Source of the DNA: a virus
Taxonomy: Duplodnaviria > Caudoviricetes
Virus record (IMG/VR): IMGVR_UViG_3300010362_000080
Coordinates: 1-29,216 of that record
DNA length: 29,216 nt
Reading direction: 5' to 3' (one strand)
The translations under genes and the position numbers were made by a program. The notes beneath the pieces were generated by a model. The model was given only the letters and a program-made list of their open reading frames with translations. It was not told where the DNA came from and did no database searches. Of the stretch, positions 25,224 to 29,216 are shown one piece after another (the first letter of the stretch is position 1; every line of letters starts with the position of its first letter).

Positions 25224-27406
25224 GCAGATTGGCTCTATTTCCGCCCGTCGCTACGGTTTATCCGAACGATGTCCAGAAGTTTACCGCGAAGGCCGTCCCG
25301 CAACCGTCGATGTGGTTCGGCGTGGCCAGCTCCGGCGATATAGCGTCGGACTTCTCGCTGTTCGTGGACGGCGCGCAAAGCTCGGTCGCAGGCAACGGCG
25401 CGCACAAACTCTATTCGGGTATCGGCTTTGCCGAATGGACGGTTGACGATAATTTCAGGCCAACCTCGAGCGGATCTTGGAATATCACGGGCGGGATTCA
25501 GGACGTTGCCGGCTTTCTCTATCTTTACCGCGTCACGGTCTCAGCGACTCAGATTCTGATCCAGGATGAGGCGCTCAACACTCTGACGACGATCTCTTAT
25601 TCTACGGTCTCCGGCGACGCCTATCGGCTGGAGCTCGCAAACGGATTTAGACTGTATCGTAATGGCGTGCTTTTGCATTCTCGCGTCAGCTTGGGCACTC
25701 AGACAATCTACCCAATGAGCTACAGTTCAAACCTGATCAAGCCAGTCATCACCAACCCGGCTCGAATCCTGGCGCCGCGATTGGTGGGGGATTGGCGTCT
25801 TTCGGAGACGGTGACTTTTACTGCGCCGTCCCACGGCTCGATCTCGGCCACAGGTCCAGGACTGGAGACGACATACTCAGGCGGGACAGTTCCCGGAACC
25901 TACACGCTTACGGGCCAGATCGAGCCAGGATCTGACGCTGAGGGCGTTCAGAAGGCGACCGCGATAATCTCCATACCGCCGCTCCAGATCCTGGGCGATA
26001 AATCAATTACCCTACAGCCCGGCCAGAAGATCCGGCCAAAAACGAATTACGACGAAGCACAGGGCAATCTCGTCTCGTGGTCGATCCCGCTCGGCGGCGG
26101 ATCGTTCACGCAGGGCGAATTTACCGCGCCAGCGCTCGCGGGCCTGAGTACGCTCAGAGCGACCGCGAGCGTCAATAGCAATATCGCGGAGATCAGCGCG
26201 CTGACGGCGGCCGTGATCACGAACGCCAATGGCTATACGGCGGCTAAAGCGAGCGAGCAAATAGATTTCGATACGAACATCCCACTGATCCCATACTTTG
26301 CCGGCGCCGGAGCATTCGCCGAGGGGACGGGCAATATCACTCCAGGATTGCCGGTCGGCATCCAGGCGAATGACATTCTCTTATTATTTGTCGAATCGGC
26401 AAATCAAACAGTCTCGGCTCCTTCAGGGTACGCCGCCGTGGCTGACAGTCCGCAAGGCACTGGCACGGGCGGCGCGTCCGGATCTGTTCGTCTGGATATA
26501 TTCTGGAAGCGGGCGACAGCGAACGAGACGGCTCCGACCGTCACCGATCCTGGCGATCATGCGATCGGCCAGATTCTCGCGTTCCGCGGCGTGATCGACA
26601 GTGGTAATCCGTGGGACGTGACGGCGGGCAATACCGCGGCGAGCAGCACGAGCGTTTCGATTCCCGGCGACACGACGACCGTCGCCAATTGCCTTGTGGT
26701 CCTGGCCGTCGCCAATGCAACCGACACCGCCGCGGCTCAGACTTCAGGATATACAAACGCGGATCTGGTCAACCTTGTTGAATTGACCGATGTGAACACG
26801 ACGCAGGGCGTGGGTGGGGGCTTTAGCGTGGCCGTGGGAGAAAAGGCGTCAATTGGCGCTTACGCAGCGACGACAGCCACGCTGGCGACGGCCTCGGCGC
26901 AGGGTAGGATTTCAATCGCGCTCAAACCGTCGCTCACGACCTGGACCGCGTCGGCTGGCTCGATCAACAGCACTTCCGGAGTGTGGACGGCGCCGAGCCT
27001 GGCCGGCCAGACGGCGAAGATTACCGCCAGCAACGGCACTCTCAGCGTGACGATCAATGTCCCTGTGCTTGACGCCTTCCCGCTTACCGATCCGACCCTG
27101 CCAGTCACCTGGGATCGAAATCTGACGGTACTTGTCAGCATGCCGGAGGATCGCAGCGGCCGCGCCACTCGCCAGAAATCCCCGCCGTTCGACTCTTATG
27201 AGGTCAAGTTCCTTTCGCGCAGCCTGACCGAAACCAACACCGTGGACGCTTTCTTTGACGGAAAAGGATTCGGGAATCTATTCATCTTCGAAGATAAGGT
27301 CCGAAACGTGCGCCGGGTCGGCTGGTTCGATTCCCCGATCCGCCATGAGGGCAACGACGAATGCGCGATTGACCTGTCCTTCAGGTTTCTGGAGGCAAGA
27401 TTGTAA
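25220..27406 (+). CDS. Ig-repeat tail protein with inserted domains and a C-terminal distal-tail (gpM/Dit)-like domain
   Basis: Ig-like repeats (W...GS...G.(F/W)TAP.LAG). Last ~110 aa read YEVKF...VDAFFD..G....FIFED...FDSPI...LSFRFLE. Confidence 0.65.
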   Translation: MSRLALFPPVATVYPNDVQKFTAKAVPQPSMWFGVASSGDIASDFSLFVDGAQSSVAGNGAHKLYSGIGFAEWTVDDNFRPTSSGSWNITGGIQDVAGFLYLYRVTVSATQILIQDEALNTLTTISYSTVSGDAYRLELANGFRLYRNGVLLHSRVSLGTQTIYPMSYSSNLIKPVITNPARILAPRLVGDWRLSETVTFTAPSHGSISATGPGLETTYSGGTVPGTYTLTGQIEPGSDAEGVQKATAIISIPPLQILGDKSITLQPGQKIRPKTNYDEAQGNLVSWSIPLGGGSFTQGEFTAPALAGLSTLRATASVNSNIAEISALTAAVITNANGYTAAKASEQIDFDTNIPLIPYFAGAGAFAEGTGNITPGLPVGIQANDILLLFVESANQTVSAPSGYAAVADSPQGTGTGGASGSVRLDIFWKRATANETAPTVTDPGDHAIGQILAFRGVIDSGNPWDVTAGNTAASSTSVSIPGDTTTVANCLVVLAVANATDTAAAQTSGYTNADLVNLVELTDVNTTQGVGGGFSVAVGEKASIGAYAATTATLATASAQGRISIALKPSLTTWTASAGSINSTSGVWTAPSLAGQTAKITASNGTLSVTINVPVLDAFPLTDPTLPVTWDRNLTVLVSMPEDRSGRATRQKSPPFDSYEVKFLSRSLTETNTVDAFFDGKGFGNLFIFEDKVRNVRRVGWFDSPIRHEGNDECAIDLSFRFLEARL

Positions 27407-27417
27407 CGGGAGGGATT

Positions 27418-27672
27418 ATGCCGGCACTGTCAGAAGCGAATAGGGAATTGATTTATGAAGAAATCATCTTGAAGAATCGAGACGGCGAGGTCGATTCTTT
27501 AACGAGAGCAGACTTGCGGGCCGCGATTGACGCAATTGACGATTGGATACTCGCCAATCAGGCGGCCTTCAATACCGCCATTCCACAGCCCGCGCGCGGC
27601 GTCCTGACGGCGCGGCAGAAGGCTTTGATCTTTAGCTTTATCCTTCGCCGGCGCTGGTTAGTGGACGCCTAG
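27418..27672 (+). CDS. Hypothetical protein
   Basis: GGAGG SD. LRAAIDAIDDWI..NQAAFNTAIPQPAR..LTARQKA. Confidence 0.75.
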   Translation: MPALSEANRELIYEEIILKNRDGEVDSLTRADLRAAIDAIDDWILANQAAFNTAIPQPARGVLTARQKALIFSFILRRRWLVDA

Positions 27673-27717
27673 CCTGCGGCAACGCCTTACGGCATCAATG
27701 GAAATTGGGTAGCTTGG

Positions 27718-27933
27718 CTATTTGCCAGCTTGAAACGTCCCAGCCTGCTCCCACTTGCCAGATACGCCTCTGCGCTCCAAGTGCAACGTGACTTTCTTGA
27801 CGTGGCTGTATTTGTTGCACGCCTCACCGATTACGCGCTGCTTGTTTGCGCCTTCAGTTACGATAAGGCTCAGGTCGTGGGCTGGTTCATTTCTGAGACT
27901 GCTTGGATTGTGGTCAATAACTCGATATTCCAT
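27718..27933 (-). CDS. Hypothetical protein
   Basis: AAGGAG SD on the minus strand and its own sigma70-like promoter. Confidence 0.7.
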   Translation of the reverse strand: MEYRVIDHNPSSLRNEPAHDLSLIVTEGANKQRVIGEACNKYSHVKKVTLHLERRGVSGKWEQAGTFQAGK

Positions 27934-27984
27934 TTCAATTCTCCTTCGATCTCGCGCGGCGTGATTGCCGCTTGCGATGGTGTA

Positions 27985-28013
27985 AATATACGCGCACGCG
28001 TAGAAATAGTCAA
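27985..28013 (-). promoter_or_regulatory. Sigma70-type promoter with a palindromic operator
   Basis: TTGACT-N17-TATATT on the minus strand. TACGCG-CA-CGCGTA at 27989-28002. Confidence 0.7.
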
Positions 28014-28024
28014 CAAGAATATTA

Positions 28025-28228
28025 TTAGAATTGAGATTTTTTTCTGCCGCGAGGTCGTGGACCTTTACCCTGACCGGGCAACTGGTAGGCCTCGACCGCG
28101 TATCTGGGAAGCAGGAAAATCGGGCCTACCTTCTCGGCTGGGAGAATATTCCTGCGGATCAATTGCAAGATTGTACTCTTGGAACATCCCTTCAAATCCG
28201 CCGCTTGTCTTATAGTGATTTTTTCCAT
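28025..28228 (-). CDS. Excisionase-like (HTH_17) DNA-binding protein
   Basis: ITIRQAADLKGCSKSTILQLIRRNILPAEKVG plus a basic PRGRKK tail. Confidence 0.85.
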   Translation of the reverse strand: MEKITIRQAADLKGCSKSTILQLIRRNILPAEKVGPIFLLPRYAVEAYQLPGQGKGPRPRGRKKSQF

Positions 28229-28234
28229 AGCCAG

Positions 28235-28263
28235 AATATATCCGAAAATAATTCTACGCGCAA
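28235..28263 (-). promoter_or_regulatory. Promoter for a probably leaderless HTH transcript
   Basis: TTGCGC-N17-TATATT on the minus strand. The -10 box ends 6 nt before the ATG and there is no SD. Confidence 0.55.
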
Positions 28264-28276
28264 GGATATAATTATC

Positions 28277-28304
28277 TTGACAACTCTGCGCGCTTGCGTA
28301 TAAT
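28277..28304 (+). promoter_or_regulatory. Consensus sigma70 promoter
   Basis: TTGACA (28277-82), 16-nt spacer, TATAAT (28299-304). Confidence 0.8.
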
Positions 28305-28341
28305 TATCCCTGTCAGTTGATAACACGAAAGGGGCAGGGAA

Positions 28342-28704
28342 ATGATCAATATTCAGAAATTCAACGAAGTGGCGAAAGCGGCGAAGGCCAAAACGAATAA
28401 CAAGCGCTGGATCGCGGCGATCGACAAGGCCGTCGCCGGCGTGATCTCCGGATGGTGGGTGATCACGGAGCTGGCGGATTGCGTGGCCGTGACGACCGAG
28501 ACCGGCAAAACCTACTTTGCTAACGGCGTTTGCCAGTGCGAATCCTTCAAGAACGGCCAACCCTGCAAACATCGGGCGCTCTATCGGCTGATCGATCTTT
28601 ACAACGAGAAAGAGCAGGCGACCCCGCCTGCTCCTCGCATCACTCGTTCAGTCAATCCTGCTCCTTCGACTGGCGCTATGTGGTTCGCAGTGGCGGGGGC
28701 GTGA
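28342..28704 (+). CDS. SWIM zinc-finger protein
   Basis: CQCESFKNGQPCKH fits the CxC...CxH SWIM signature. Confidence 0.8.
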   Translation: MINIQKFNEVAKAAKAKTNNKRWIAAIDKAVAGVISGWWVITELADCVAVTTETGKTYFANGVCQCESFKNGQPCKHRALYRLIDLYNEKEQATPPAPRITRSVNPAPSTGAMWFAVAGA

Positions 28705-28798
28705 ACAAATCGGCGAACAGATCACACAATAGAGTGTAAGCAGCAAACGGCGCTTACGATCTTTGAAAATTAAACCTCAAACGCAAAGGAGATTAGTT

Positions 28799-29032
28799 AT
28801 GGAAATCATTTCCGAATTCCAGGTCGACAATATCAAAAACGCGATCCTCGAAGATTTGAAAGCTCATCCGGGTTGGCAGTGCGAGTCAATGATTCATCAA
28901 AGGATCTGCGGTAGTGGATGCTGGGAACACTTCCCGGAAACGTTCTCAGTGCTGGTAGAACTCAAAAACGAGGGAAAGATAAAGTCGAGTGGAAACAACG
29001 GATTCAACAGTTTCGCGTTCAAGTTGGCATAG
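28799..29032 (+). CDS. Hypothetical protein
   Basis: AAGGAG SD before ATG 28799, preferred to TTG 28763. Confidence 0.6.
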   Translation: MEIISEFQVDNIKNAILEDLKAHPGWQCESMIHQRICGSGCWEHFPETFSVLVELKNEGKIKSSGNNGFNSFAFKLA

Positions 29033-29058
29033 CAGACAGGCGGGCGGGGCATCGATCA

Positions 29059-29091
29059 GGGGGCGAGAGGGCGACTCGCCCCTTTTTTTTT
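29059..29091 (+). terminator. Rho-independent terminator
   Basis: GGGCGAG/CTCGCCC stem (29061-67/29075-81) followed by ten T. Confidence 0.85.
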
Positions 29092-29216
29092 CGTTGATCG
29101 GGTGACAGACGCGTCCGAGCTAGGGAAAACAAACTATATCATTTGGGACTGATACTATATCTTCCGTTGCGTTACCGACTTCTGTTATGTTCTCACGCTT
29201 TTGACGGCAGGGAAAC

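Noticed and set aside
2803-27168. Numerous minus-strand and alternate-frame ORFs (e.g. 10128..10661, 20381..20890, 22556..23131, 24036..24725)
   Set aside because: They shadow well-supported + strand genes in GC-rich DNA and show no recognisable motifs.
27730-28215. 161-aa + strand ORF
   Set aside because: It is antisense to two better-supported minus-strand genes and spans a promoter.
1-29216. CRISPR array, tRNA/rRNA, integrase, transposase, reverse transcriptase or DGR
   Set aside because: I saw no repeat-spacer array, cloverleaf, catalytic motif or TR/VR pair by eye.
1-29216. Stop-codon reassignment
   Set aside because: TAA, TAG and TGA all end well-formed genes and the core genes are uninterrupted. 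The single early TAA at 12282 is not enough.

Overview
This window is the late (morphogenesis) region of a tailed dsDNA phage or prophage with a non-contractile tail (no sheath gene seen). Nearly all genes are on the + strand and many are joined by ATGA/TAATG overlaps. Order: secreted protein; Mu Com-like zinc finger; holin-like and spanin-like membrane genes (no endolysin seen); TerS; TerL; HK97-type portal, protease and capsid; a glycosyltransferase-like and a SAM methyltransferase gene inside the head operon; a block of accessory Ser/Thr/Ala-rich virion proteins; neck genes; major tail protein; tail chaperone with a hidden -1 frame extension; a reverse-strand membrane moron; tape measure; gpL-like and gpJ-like tip proteins; an Ig-rich protein with a distal-tail-like C-terminus; and a small divergent regulatory region (HTH gene, SWIM zinc finger). 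The most striking feature is a ~85-nt element present twice (916-1001, 4235-4318), the first overlapping the end of the com-like gene. Each copy has spaced YGCGCY repeats running into a covarying bulged hairpin and U-tract that abuts an SD-less ATG. This suggests a Com-controlled RNA switch gating the lysis/packaging and head operons. All product calls come from motif recognition and synteny; no database searches were run.
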